Assembly (NCBI GenBank): GCA_023267855.1
Contig: JALNLN010000001.1
Coordinates: 23,620 to 87,619, forward strand
From: Candidatus Geocrenenecus dongiae
GTDB lineage: Archaea; Thermoproteota; Nitrososphaeria_A; Caldarchaeales; Wolframiiraptoraceae
Length of the DNA stretch: 64,000 nt
Direction: 5' to 3'
The position numbers and the translations under genes were made by a program. Below the pieces are notes generated by a model. That model saw only the letters and a list, made by a program, of their open reading frames with translations, was not told the DNA's origin and searched no databases. Shown one piece after another: positions 39,081 to 49,186 of this stretch; position 1 is the first letter of the stretch; each line of letters starts with the position of its first letter.

Positions 39081-40190
39081 TTGGCTGGAAACATTCTGGG
39101 GAAATCATTCGTCGTAGTCAGTTTTGGAGAAAGCCATGGTAAATGTATAGGAACAGTTATTGATGGATGTCCAGCTGGATTGAAGATATCTGAAGAAGAT
39201 GTTCAAAGAGAACTTGATTTAAGAAAACCTAGATCTCTACAGATACATACTCAGAGAACTGAAGAAGATAAGGTCGAGATACTTTCAGGAATCTTTAATG
39301 GATATACTACGGGTGCACCGATATGTATGATTGTCTGGAATCGTGATGTAAGGAGCATGGATTATGAAGTAGTGCGTTATCTTCCAAGACCAAGCCATGC
39401 AGACTATTTTGCATACATCAAGTACGGGGGATTCAACGATTATAGAGGTGGTGGACGCTTCTCTGGGAGAATAACTGCGGGATTCGTTATGGCTGGAGCT
39501 GTAGCTAAGAAGTTGCTGAGAGAAGTTCTTAACATAGAAGTGGTTGCATATTCTCTAGAGATAGGTGGTGTTAGAGCAGAGAACTTTACCTTAGAAGATG
39601 CAGTGAAGTACAGGTATGAGAATGATGTTAGAGCACCTGACAAGAGTTCTGCGGAAAAGATGATGGAGAAGATTATTGAAGCGAGGTCAAGAGGTGACAG
39701 CGTTGGAGGTATTATTGAATGTGTGGTTACAGGTTTACCGATAGGCTTAGGAGAACCAGTCTTCGATTCACTAGACTCTGATCTAGCTAAAGCATTATTC
39801 TCTATACCGGCGGTTAAAGGTGTTGAGTTTGGAGCAGGATTTAAGATAGCTAGAATGCTGGGATCTCAAAGCAACGACCCATTCACTATAAGAGATAATA
39901 AAATAGTTGTTGAAAAGAATGATTCAGGTGGAATTGTAGGCGGGATCTCGACAAGCGCACCTCTAGTATTTAGGGTAGCTTTCAAGCCACCTGCATCTAT
40001 AAGCATACCGCAGAAGACTGTAGATATAAGAGAGATGAAGGAGAAGGAACTAGTGATAACTGGGAGACATGATCCATGTATCGTTCCCAGAGCTGTACCT
40101 GTAGTTGAAGCTGTTACAGCAATAGTGCTCGTAGACCACGCAATTAGATCTGGACTCATACCGCCAGTCTTGGAGAAACGAGATGTCTAG
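39081..40190 (+). CDS. aroC: Chorismate synthase
   Basis: GESHG, RPSHAD, RGGGRFSGR, IPAVKGVEFG, GRHDPC; TTG start. Confidence 0.95.
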   Translation: MAGNILGKSFVVVSFGESHGKCIGTVIDGCPAGLKISEEDVQRELDLRKPRSLQIHTQRTEEDKVEILSGIFNGYTTGAPICMIVWNRDVRSMDYEVVRYLPRPSHADYFAYIKYGGFNDYRGGGRFSGRITAGFVMAGAVAKKLLREVLNIEVVAYSLEIGGVRAENFTLEDAVKYRYENDVRAPDKSSAEKMMEKIIEARSRGDSVGGIIECVVTGLPIGLGEPVFDSLDSDLAKALFSIPAVKGVEFGAGFKIARMLGSQSNDPFTIRDNKIVVEKNDSGGIVGGISTSAPLVFRVAFKPPASISIPQKTVDIREMKEKELVITGRHDPCIVPRAVPVVEAVTAIVLVDHAIRSGLIPPVLEKRDV

Positions 40191-40845
40191 AAAAGAGAGT
40201 TTAAAAATTAAGGCCGGAGAAAGATCTAGAGATATTGGGGGATGGCTTTCTGTCGGTGTAGATCTAGCTGGCTCTAGGAAAAACTGGACAGGATTATGTA
40301 AAATGAATGCAAACCTGTTTTGTGAAACAAGTAAAGTTAAGATGGAGGAGGAGATAATCCAATACATCTTAGATGCAGATCCAGAGGTAGTTGCAGTAGA
40401 TGCACCACTCTGCATGCCTCCCCCAAACACTCATCTACGTAAATGTGATAGATGCTTAGTAGAGATGGGTATACATGTTTTACCACCAACACTTTTAGGA
40501 ATGAAGATGTTGACAAAGAGGGCCATGAATCTTAAAGAGAAATTATTGGAGGTGGGGTATCGGGTAATAGAAGTCTATCCAACAGGCTCGCTTAAGATTC
40601 TAGGTCTCCCTGAGAGAAAATTCGGTGTAGAAGATTTGAAGAAGAAACTTTTAGAAATTGGTGTTAGAGGTTTGAAGCGAGAGGGATTAGAAAGCGTACA
40701 TGAAATCGATGCTGTACTCTGCGCATTAACGGGTATAGCTTATCTTACAGGCAAATACATAGAGATTGGATCTCCAGAGGAATGTACACTCATACTCCCC
40801 TCTCCAGACTTCCTATCTTACATAACTAGATCCCTCAAAACTTAA
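40183..40845 (+). CDS. DUF429-like predicted nuclease (RNase H fold)
   Basis: GVDLAG, VDAPL, R.CD, IEVYP, HEIDAVLCAL. True start may be downstream. Confidence 0.75.
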   Translation: MSRKESLKIKAGERSRDIGGWLSVGVDLAGSRKNWTGLCKMNANLFCETSKVKMEEEIIQYILDADPEVVAVDAPLCMPPPNTHLRKCDRCLVEMGIHVLPPTLLGMKMLTKRAMNLKEKLLEVGYRVIEVYPTGSLKILGLPERKFGVEDLKKKLLEIGVRGLKREGLESVHEIDAVLCALTGIAYLTGKYIEIGSPEECTLILPSPDFLSYITRSLKT

Positions 40846-40981
40846 AACATAACTCAATAACCAGCCTCAAAAATTTCTAACTCTGAAGAAGATCATCAAA
40901 TTAGAAATTTGTTTAGGAAAACATTCCCCTATTAGAGACTATGTTTTTAAGCGACTGATACTAGTAAATGTTTGAAGATTT

Positions 40982-41719
40982 ATGGTTGAGAGAGTTGTAA
41001 CTGGAATACCTGGACTCGATGAGATACTTGGTGGTGGGATTCCAAAGAGAAATGTTGTTCTACTTTCTGGAGGGCCGGGTACTGGTAAATCTATCTTCGG
41101 TCAACAGTATCTCTATAATGGTTTAATGAGAGGTGAGCCCGGTTTACTTGTAGTATTAGAAGAACATCCAGTCCAGGTAAGGATATCTATGTCTCAGTTC
41201 GGCTGGGATGTTAGACCATATGAAGAAAAAGGATCATTTGCTGTCGTAGATGCATTTACTGCAGGTATAGGTGAAGCGGCAAAGAGAGAGAAGTATGTTG
41301 TACGTGATCCAAGCGATTTCCAACTACTGTTAGATGTTTTAAGAGATGCTATAAGAGATGTAAATGCTGAGAGAGCTGTAATAGACTCGGTCTCTACACT
41401 ATACATAACGAAGCCAGCATTAGCTAGAAGCATGGTACTCCAATTAAAGAAGATACTTTCCGGAATGGGCTGTACATCAATCCTCGTTTCACAAGTAAGT
41501 GTAACGGAACGGGGGTTCGGAGGACCTGGAGTAGAGCATGCTGCAGACGGGATTATACGTCTAGATCTAGATGAAGTTAATGGAGAATTGAAGAGAAGTA
41601 TTATAGTTTGGAAGATGCGTGGAACGGCTCACTCTATGAGGAGACACCCATTCATAATAACGAACAAAGGCATAGAGATAAAAGCATCAGAAGTGGTCAG
41701 ATTAATAGAAAGAGATTAA
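40982..41719 (+). CDS. Single-domain KaiC/RecA-superfamily ATPase of thermophilic archaea
   Basis: [43 protein letters not shown]. Confidence 0.9.
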   Translation: MVERVVTGIPGLDEILGGGIPKRNVVLLSGGPGTGKSIFGQQYLYNGLMRGEPGLLVVLEEHPVQVRISMSQFGWDVRPYEEKGSFAVVDAFTAGIGEAAKREKYVVRDPSDFQLLLDVLRDAIRDVNAERAVIDSVSTLYITKPALARSMVLQLKKILSGMGCTSILVSQVSVTERGFGGPGVEHAADGIIRLDLDEVNGELKRSIIVWKMRGTAHSMRRHPFIITNKGIEIKASEVVRLIERD

Positions 41720-41790
41720 ACATGAAAACCGATCTCCAAGATACATACTCCGAGAAATATTTTTAACGTTCTCTCTCTTAAGATATTACT

Positions 41791-42345
41791 ATGAAACTTC
41801 CACCAAACCAGAAGATTGCTAAGAAATGGAATGTTTATGCTGTTCTAGGCTACCCTGAGATCAGTATAGATAAATGGAGAATACATATTTCAGGTTTAGT
41901 TAAGAAGACTCTCGAATTAAGTCTAGATGAACTATACTCTATGAAGATGATGAGAATTGAAGGTGGATTCCACTGTGTTGAAGGTTGGAGTATAGTTGAC
42001 GTTGTATGGGAAGGTGTGAAGATTAGAGATTTAGCGGAAAGAGCAGGATATGATGAGAAGTCTATGTGGGTTCTCTTTAAAGGTTTAGATGGATATTCTG
42101 CACCAGCTCCAGTAGATTATGTTCTAGAAGAAGATTCTATAATAGCTTTAAAGATGAATGGTAAACCAATACCATATGAACATGGTTATCCAGCTAGACC
42201 TATTATCCCGAAATTATATGCTTGGAAGAGTGTTAAGTGGCTTAAAGAGATAGAATTTAGAGAAGACTATGTAGATGGTTACTGGGAGGAACGTGGATAT
42301 CATCAAAGAGGAGATGTATGGTTAGAGGAAAGAAGGAGGAAATAA
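41791..42345 (+). CDS. Sulfite-oxidase-family molybdopterin-binding protein (YuiH-like)
   Basis: LPPNQ, FHCVEGWS, HGYPAR, YAWKSVKW, GYWEERGYH. Confidence 0.88.
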   Translation: MKLPPNQKIAKKWNVYAVLGYPEISIDKWRIHISGLVKKTLELSLDELYSMKMMRIEGGFHCVEGWSIVDVVWEGVKIRDLAERAGYDEKSMWVLFKGLDGYSAPAPVDYVLEEDSIIALKMNGKPIPYEHGYPARPIIPKLYAWKSVKWLKEIEFREDYVDGYWEERGYHQRGDVWLEERRRK

Positions 42346-42386
42346 ACATCCTTAAATCTTATCTATAATTTAGACATAGTATTTAC

Positions 42387-42959
42387 GTGATGTCGAAGAA
42401 TAGGATACGTAAGATTAAACCGAGAGTATGTTTCATGGATTTAGAAGCTACAGCTCTAGATGGAGACGTAGGAATACTGGTTGGAGCAGGATTCATGGAC
42501 GAAGATGGGAAATTCAAGTGGTTTTATGTTGAAAATCCAAGTGAAGAAAAAGAAGTAATTAAAACAATACTAGACTATGTCTCCAGATACCACATAGTCG
42601 TAACATGGAATGGGAGTAGATTCGACATACCGTTCTTAACGGCTAGAGCATTAAAACATAAACTCAAAGTAGAGTTAATCTATAAACCAACACACTTAGA
42701 CTTAGCAGAATTCACTAGAAATAACGTGAAACTATCTTTTACAACACTTTACCACGTAGCCAGATTTCTGGGAATCCAGAAAGACTTATCAACCGAAGGA
42801 ATAGATGTACCATCACTATACTTAAAAGCAGTGAATGGGGATAGACATGCAGCTTCAATCATAAAGAAGCACTGTAGAGATGATTTAGAAGTTTTGAGGA
42901 AGGTGTACTTAAGAATCTTCCCAATACTTAGAGAGCTTAGATCAGATTTAGTGCTTTAA
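42387..42959 (+). CDS. YprB/RNase_H_2-like exonuclease domain protein
   Basis: DLEAT, TWNGSRFDIPFL, HLDL, HC.DD motifs. Confidence 0.8.
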   Translation: MMSKNRIRKIKPRVCFMDLEATALDGDVGILVGAGFMDEDGKFKWFYVENPSEEKEVIKTILDYVSRYHIVVTWNGSRFDIPFLTARALKHKLKVELIYKPTHLDLAEFTRNNVKLSFTTLYHVARFLGIQKDLSTEGIDVPSLYLKAVNGDRHAASIIKKHCRDDLEVLRKVYLRIFPILRELRSDLVL

Positions 42960-42995
42960 CAGGGAAGTGTTCTAATAAACGTTCTAAGATAAACA

Positions 42996-44408
42996 TTATT
43001 TAACTTGGATTATCTTTACTAGGTGTAGTGGTTCATCCTTCAAACCATATGTTAATACGACGACATCACCTATTTTCAGTTCCCCACGATCCTTAAGTTT
43101 ATTGAATGCTTCTTCCAAGCCTTCAAGATAATCTTCTGAATCAACTTTCACAGTGATGACCCCCCAGAGTATAGATATCTTCCGAAGAGTCTTCTCGTAA
43201 CCAGAAGCTACGTAAACTTTTACGTTAGGTCTATTTCTAGAGATTCTTAAAGCTCCTCTCCCACTCTTAGTGTATATTATTATTGAGGCACCTAGAGATT
43301 CTGCGAGCATTGTTATTCCTTCTGCAAACCTATCTCTAATATCTACATTACTCGGCAATTTTATTCTTCTAGGTTTAATAATTGGTTCATATGTTTCTAT
43401 GACTCTTTTCAACCATTCTACAGCTTCTATGGGATGTTTCCCTACTGCTGTTTCTCCAGTCAACATAAGCATGTCGACGCCATCTTTGACAGCTGTTAAG
43501 ATATCTACTATCTCACTTCTAGTTGGAACAGTGTTTTCCATCATTGAGGCTAGGAGTTGAGTTGCAACTATGATGGGTTTACCTTTAGCTAAAGCTATCT
43601 CAGTTATTTGTTCTTGGAGACGTGGAACTTGCTCTAAGCCGAAATGCATTCCAAGATCTCCTCTAGCAACTAGTAGAGCATCAGATGATTCCGATATATC
43701 TGAGAGGTTGTTTATCGCCTGCACGGTCTCTATTTTACTTATAACTCCAATTTCTCTTCCACCGATAGATGCAAGTGTAGATTTCAGTAACTCAACATCA
43801 CCAATATTCCTAACGTAACTTAAGCCGATGTAATCAAAATCGTTTTTCACAGAGAATCTTAATGCTTCAATATCTCTTTTAGAGAATGTTGGAAGACCTA
43901 TATCCTTACCCTTTATCACAACCGCTTTCCTAGAACTTATTTCAGCATTAGTCAAAGCTTTAACAACAATTTCACGATCTCCTACATCTCTAACCATCAT
44001 CTGTATTTTCCCATCATCCATAATCAATACATCGCCTACCTTAACATTCTTAAAAAATAGACTTAGAGGCATGGGGATGATCCTATCTTCAACATCTCCA
44101 ACCTTCTCAGCGTAAATTATTTTTGCTTCTTCATCTCTATTCAATACAATCTTTCCAGGAATCTCCCCAATCCTAATAGATGGACCTGGAAGATCTCCTA
44201 TCAAAGCAACATGACTATCTAGACTAGTTGAAGCATCTTTCACGAGATCAACATACTTCTTCCATTCTTCAGCATCACCATGGCTAAAGTTTATTCTAAA
44301 TGCAAAAACACCGAGTTTTATAAATTCTTTAATTTTTTCTAAATCAGATGATGAGGGGCCGATTGTTACAGCAATCTTTACCCTTAACATATCTTTCAAA
44401 ACTATCAT
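42996..44408 (-). CDS. pyk: Pyruvate kinase
   Basis: TIGPSS, RINFSHG, DDGKI, SKIET, VARGDLG, ATQLL.SM, PTRSE, LTGETAVG. Confidence 0.95.
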   Translation of the reverse strand: MIVLKDMLRVKIAVTIGPSSSDLEKIKEFIKLGVFAFRINFSHGDAEEWKKYVDLVKDASTSLDSHVALIGDLPGPSIRIGEIPGKIVLNRDEEAKIIYAEKVGDVEDRIIPMPLSLFFKNVKVGDVLIMDDGKIQMMVRDVGDREIVVKALTNAEISSRKAVVIKGKDIGLPTFSKRDIEALRFSVKNDFDYIGLSYVRNIGDVELLKSTLASIGGREIGVISKIETVQAINNLSDISESSDALLVARGDLGMHFGLEQVPRLQEQITEIALAKGKPIIVATQLLASMMENTVPTRSEIVDILTAVKDGVDMLMLTGETAVGKHPIEAVEWLKRVIETYEPIIKPRRIKLPSNVDIRDRFAEGITMLAESLGASIIIYTKSGRGALRISRNRPNVKVYVASGYEKTLRKISILWGVITVKVDSEDYLEGLEEAFNKLKDRGELKIGDVVVLTYGLKDEPLHLVKIIQVK

Positions 44409-44514
44409 GTCACAGTAAATTAAAGATTTTACCTGATAGCGTTAGTTCGCTGATTCTAAAAATTTTGATGAATCGAGGATTATGTTGTGTAGTTGGTTTT
44501 AGGTTTTTGATTGT

Positions 44515-44985
44515 TTACTCTGTTTCAAGTATTTCTTTTAGAGATGCTGGTGTAAATCCGTAGAGTCCGTCTTCCTTCTTTATGACTAGTCCTTGTTTTC
44601 TAAGATCGCTTAACCTAGCTCTAGTTATCTTCTCATCTATGCCTGTGCAGTTTGATATTTCTTTAGGTGTTAGGAAGTCTTTTTCTAGTAAGCCGAGCGT
44701 TTTCCCAATATATGCTCCTGCGAGACATAGGAGTATCTTCTTCTTCGCATCTCCAGAAGATACTATATTTATTCTGCCTTCTCTTATCTCAATCTTTCCA
44801 GCAAGCTTTTCCGCTAATTCTTTAATATCTACTGCTCCTGTTAGTTTCTTAACTATCTTGAATGTTGGATATAGTTCTGAGAAGTATTTGTTTACACTCA
44901 TCCATACTTCTTCATAGCTTCCTTCGAATTCTATTGTTTTTCCATCGTTTATTATCGTTACCTTGATCTTCTCTGAGCTCAACAC
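44515..44985 (-). CDS. Hypothetical protein with C-terminal winged HTH
   Basis: LTPKEISNCTGIDEKITRARLSDLRKQGLVIK..GLY pattern. Confidence 0.7.
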   Translation of the reverse strand: MLSSEKIKVTIINDGKTIEFEGSYEEVWMSVNKYFSELYPTFKIVKKLTGAVDIKELAEKLAGKIEIREGRINIVSSGDAKKKILLCLAGAYIGKTLGLLEKDFLTPKEISNCTGIDEKITRARLSDLRKQGLVIKKEDGLYGFTPASLKEILETE

Positions 44986-45458
44986 TACTCCTCCCTGAAT
45001 CCTGACTCTACATACTTTATTCCTTTCTCAAGAATTCTGAACGTCTTCTTACCATTTGTTTTTCCAGATTCTTCTATGTAGCCTTCTTGTATTAAGTCTG
45101 AGACAGCTTGCCTCGGGTTTGCTGATCTAGGCCAACGTCTTTGTTCATAGTATGTTTCAAGATCATCATAAGTAAAGTCTCTACCTTCATACTTATAGAG
45201 ATAGTATGCTATTGTCAGTATTCTCTGAAGATGGGTTTGAGGATTCAAGTTCGATGAAAATTCTGTGAAAGAAACTTCTTTGCTTACTGGAATATACTTG
45301 TGTTGCACAGCTTGTGGTAGGCTACCGATCTTCTGGAGTATAGCGTCTATCCAATCTAAATTCGATAACTTGGATTCAATGAATTCTTTATCTCCTTCTA
45401 GATCTATCTCAACACCTTTCATATTTATCCTAAGCTTGTATGTAGGCTGTGCGTTCAT
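44985..45458 (-). CDS. Hypothetical protein with C-terminal winged-helix domain
   Basis: FTYDDL..YY...RWP..NPRQAVSDLIQEGYIE...FRILEKGIKYV; stop overlaps the next start. Confidence 0.7.
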   Translation of the reverse strand: MNAQPTYKLRINMKGVEIDLEGDKEFIESKLSNLDWIDAILQKIGSLPQAVQHKYIPVSKEVSFTEFSSNLNPQTHLQRILTIAYYLYKYEGRDFTYDDLETYYEQRRWPRSANPRQAVSDLIQEGYIEESGKTNGKKTFRILEKGIKYVESGFREE

Positions 45459-45571
45459 ATCGTCAATAAGATTACTAGATGGAAGTTATAAGCCTTATAG
45501 AGATACGTAAAAGTGGAATTTATGGAAGAGTAATTTTTTAGAGCACTATGATAGCACATTCAGATCTTTCT

Positions 45572-47479
45572 TTAGTTTCTATCTTTTTGGCCATAGATTT
45601 TTTCGGAGACAAGCTTGTATAAAACCGCTCCATCGACTTTACCTCTATAATTTTTCATTAAGTGACCCATTATTATGGAAATAGCTTTACCAGGATTTTT
45701 AGAAACCATCTCCCTATTCTCATTTACGAGTTTTGCAATCTCATTTTCTATTTCAGTGAGACTTGGAGCTAGAAGACCAAGAGCATTAATAGCATCTTCA
45801 ACAGTCTTATCTGGATTTCTGGAGAGCCATCTAAAAACTTCTATCGCAGCTTCTTTCGCAATCTTTCCTGAAGCTACTTGATGGAAGAATTCTACAAAAT
45901 GTTCTTCTCTAAGATTTTCTACTTTCTCTCCCTCCCTCTTTAAACTTTTTAGATGTTCTGTTAGTGCTGAAGCGACTACAGATGGTTGTAGAAATGTTTC
46001 TTTAACGATCTTCTCGAAGAGTTCAACTTTCTCAGAATCTATAAGCTCGTCTACTATCTGTTTACTTAAACCATATTTCTCTGAAAGAATACTGGCTACC
46101 TCATCTAGAGTTTTTGGAAGTTTCTTCTTTAATTCTTCTATATACTCTGATGGTATTGGGTATGGTGGTAGATCTGTTTCAGGATACATTCTAGCAGCAC
46201 CTGGTCTTGGACGCATATACACAGTTGTACCATCAGGTCTAGCTGCACGTGTTTCAGAAGGAACACCACGTAAAGCTTCTACGGCCCTAATCTTCACATA
46301 TTCTAATCCTTCTCTAGCCCTTTCATACTCATCTACGATTAAGACTACGGCATCTTCTTCTACTGCATCTATTTTCTCTCTAAGTTTATAGACTTCTTCA
46401 CTAGTTATCCCATAGTTTGGAAGCTCGTCTGTATGTAGTATTCCTTCTACTTCAGCCCATGCCTTGGCCCATCCAGCTAATTCAGCTCCAAGCCTAATAC
46501 CTGGAGCTGCTTCTAAACCAATTAAACCAGAAAATCTTGGTAGTTTTAAAGCTAAGACTCTGGCACCTTCATCCAGCTTCTTCTTAATAATCTTAGATTT
46601 CGTGTTTGAGAAGACTTCTGTTACATCTACTATTGGTTGAGAAATTATTTCATCTTCCGTTACATTACGTTTCTTTAACTCATCTCTTATCTTAAGTAAA
46701 TGTAGCTGTCTAATGACTTCAAGTTCTATGACCTTCGGTATTAGTTCAAGTTCTTGGACACCTTTAATCTCTATTAATGCTCCTCCCTCAACCGAGATGT
46801 TTAGATCTTGTCTAACTGTTCCTATACCTCTCTTAACCTTCCCAGTCGCTCTTAGAAGTCTACCGATTTTGTATGCGGCTTCGTAAGCTTCTCTCGGAGA
46901 ATCTATTACTGGTGTTGTTGAGATCTCTATCAAGGGTACGCCGAGTCTCCTCAGATCGTAGTGTACCTCACCTCTCCTCTGTTCAAGTATCCTCGCTGCA
47001 TCTTCTTCTAAGCAGATTGTCTGTATACCTATCTTCTTGCCACTTACTTCTATCCAGCCACCTCTAGCGATTATACATGTTCTCTGGAACCCAGTTGTAT
47101 TCGATCCATCTATAACTATCTTCCTCATAACGTGGATCTCATCTACAGGCGTACTATTGAAGAGAAGAGCTGCTGTTAATGCTATTTCCACTGCTTCTCT
47201 ATTAATATCGTGAGGAGGTTCTTCATCCATCTCTACAAGACATGTTGAGTATTTATCAGTATGGTAGACTATCTTTCTCTTCTTCTTTGCTTCAAATTGC
47301 GCTGCCGGATCTACTTCTCCAAGCTCACTTTGAGCTTCTCTCAACCATCTTACGAAAGTAAATTCTTCAGCATCTTCTACAGATTCTGTTGGACAATCAC
47401 AGAATAGCTTGGTCTTTGTATCTAGTTGTCTATGTATTTCTAAGCCTACCTTTAATCCAATTTTCCTATAATCTATCAT
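45572..47479 (-). CDS. gatE: Glu-tRNA(Gln) amidotransferase subunit E
   Basis: GLEIHRQL..KLFC, MRKIVIDGSNTTGFQRT, RGIGTVRQD.N, RMYPETD. Confidence 0.96.
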   Translation of the reverse strand: MIDYRKIGLKVGLEIHRQLDTKTKLFCDCPTESVEDAEEFTFVRWLREAQSELGEVDPAAQFEAKKKRKIVYHTDKYSTCLVEMDEEPPHDINREAVEIALTAALLFNSTPVDEIHVMRKIVIDGSNTTGFQRTCIIARGGWIEVSGKKIGIQTICLEEDAARILEQRRGEVHYDLRRLGVPLIEISTTPVIDSPREAYEAAYKIGRLLRATGKVKRGIGTVRQDLNISVEGGALIEIKGVQELELIPKVIELEVIRQLHLLKIRDELKKRNVTEDEIISQPIVDVTEVFSNTKSKIIKKKLDEGARVLALKLPRFSGLIGLEAAPGIRLGAELAGWAKAWAEVEGILHTDELPNYGITSEEVYKLREKIDAVEEDAVVLIVDEYERAREGLEYVKIRAVEALRGVPSETRAARPDGTTVYMRPRPGAARMYPETDLPPYPIPSEYIEELKKKLPKTLDEVASILSEKYGLSKQIVDELIDSEKVELFEKIVKETFLQPSVVASALTEHLKSLKREGEKVENLREEHFVEFFHQVASGKIAKEAAIEVFRWLSRNPDKTVEDAINALGLLAPSLTEIENEIAKLVNENREMVSKNPGKAISIIMGHLMKNYRGKVDGAVLYKLVSEKIYGQKDRN

Positions 47480-47481
47480 GT

Positions 47482-48813
47482 TTATTCACCACATCTCCTT
47501 GAAGGAATACTTCTCTCACCTATTTCTCCAGCAATAGGTGTAAGCATGATCTTTCTTACTTCTTCTATATCTGTTGTTTGAGCTAGAGCCCATGAGAGTT
47601 TTACGTAAGCTGTCTCAGAAATCATGTCGTCTAAAGGTGTAACACCTATCCTCAACAACTCTCTACCAGTAGAGTAAACTCTCATATTCACTCTACCATA
47701 GATACATTGAGAAGTCATTCCTATGAAGACTCCGTCTTTAATCATCTTCTCCAACATGGGTATCAATCTTGCTGAGACATGTCCAAGCCCTGTTCCCTCG
47801 ATTATAACCCCTCTATAACCCTTCTTCCATAGATGCTCAAGTATATCTATCTTCATACCTGGAAAGAATTTTAAGAGTACAGCTTTATCTGAAAAGTTGG
47901 GCTGAAATAGGTATTCATGATTTCCACGTTTGTTTAGATCTCTCCTATTCACTATTATCTCTCCATTTTTATAGAAAGCTATAGGTTCAGAGTTTACTGA
48001 TTTGAAAGCATCTCTACTACTAGTATGGAATTTTCTAACACGTGTCCCTCTGTTCACCGCTATAACATCATCTGAATACCAGTAGTGCATAACTACACAT
48101 ACCTCTGCGAATGGAGCATGTCCAGCTACTTTTACAGCTGCCACCAAGTTTGTCGCTGCATCTGTTGAAGGTCTATCAGAAGATCTTTGAGCACCTACGA
48201 ATACGATGGGTATTGGAGGTTTCTGGATAGCGAAGCTTAATGCTGCTGCAGAGTACCCCATAGTATCTGTACCATGAGTTATAACAATGCCATCGCAACC
48301 TTTCTTAATCAATTCATTTACTTTTAATGCTATCTCAGCCCATTCTTTAGGAGTAAATTCTTCGCTAAATAGGGAGAATAATGTGTGGGTGTCTATATCG
48401 GCTATAGTTGAAAGTTCTGGAAAGATTGAAAAAAGATCTTCAGGGCTCATAACAGGTGTTACAGCGCCCGTTCTATAGTCTATCCTACTAGCTATCGTTC
48501 CACCCACCCCAAGTATCACCACCTCTGGTAATCCTTTAACTACAGGTGGTTTAGGTGGAGGTCTAAAAGAAGGTTTAACAGAACTAGCTATCTTTCTTAT
48601 ACTCACATTTCTACCAACAATTCTTATACCTATATTGTATCCATTTGGAAGTTTTAAGACTATGTAGCCTGGGTCTGCGAGTTCGTATCTCCATATCAAT
48701 ACACCTCTAACTATCTCTCCATTCACCGAGACTTCTACTTCATCACCAATATCAACACCAGCATCTTCAAGAATTCTCCTAACATCTCCATAATAACCTT
48801 CAAGCTTACCCAA
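47482..48813 (-). CDS. gatD: Glu-tRNA(Gln) amidotransferase subunit D
   Basis: KL.NGYNIG, GGTIASRIDYRTGAV, HGTDT, GAQRSSDRPS.D, GTGLGHV; TTG start near 48813 preferred. Confidence 0.95.
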   Translation of the reverse strand: MGKLEGYYGDVRRILEDAGVDIGDEVEVSVNGEIVRGVLIWRYELADPGYIVLKLPNGYNIGIRIVGRNVSIRKIASSVKPSFRPPPKPPVVKGLPEVVILGVGGTIASRIDYRTGAVTPVMSPEDLFSIFPELSTIADIDTHTLFSLFSEEFTPKEWAEIALKVNELIKKGCDGIVITHGTDTMGYSAAALSFAIQKPPIPIVFVGAQRSSDRPSTDAATNLVAAVKVAGHAPFAEVCVVMHYWYSDDVIAVNRGTRVRKFHTSSRDAFKSVNSEPIAFYKNGEIIVNRRDLNKRGNHEYLFQPNFSDKAVLLKFFPGMKIDILEHLWKKGYRGVIIEGTGLGHVSARLIPMLEKMIKDGVFIGMTSQCIYGRVNMRVYSTGRELLRIGVTPLDDMISETAYVKLSWALAQTTDIEEVRKIMLTPIAGEIGERSIPSRRCGE

Positions 48814-48983
48814 ATCAACTAAACACCAAAACAAAAAATACAAAAACATCATATATCTATTACCATAAAATCTTCAAAGAGATTTTCTCAAAGATTCGAG
48901 AAAAATGGCCTAACACTGAAAATAGAAACATCTACAATCATTATACAATTTATTATAGAGAATAAGAGAAAATGTATTTAGTT

Positions 48984-49186
48984 TGGGGGCGGTGGGATTT
49001 GAACCCACGTTCTCCGGGTTTCCCCTACTAGAAGTAAAAGCTCCAGCACATCTTCATCCCCAATAAAGGGTCTAGATTGTTGAAATCTTGTAAGCGCTGG
49101 AGCCCGGCGCCGTAGACCTTCAGCCTTTTATCTTCCTGTTTGATCCCCCTCCCTACTCTTTATTTAGGAGTCTGGGCCACGCCCCC
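48984..49186 (-). tRNA. tRNA-Trp(CCA) with two introns (about 51 nt in the D-loop, 49119-49169; 77 nt at 37/38, 49020-49096)
   Basis: Removing both inserts gives a 75-nt cloverleaf GGGGGCGTGGCCCAGAC/GGTCTACGGCGCCGGGCTCCAG/ACCCGGAGAACGTGGGTTCAAATCCCACCGCCCCCA. D-loop intron boundaries are inferred. Confidence 0.85.

Noticed and set aside
40871-40927. 10-bp inverted repeat AAATTTCTAA/TTAGAAATTT and GGAA-N4-TTCC upstream of kaiC
   Set aside because: Very AT-rich with a 20-nt spacer; the GGAA/TTCC spacing does not match the NrpR N6 operator.
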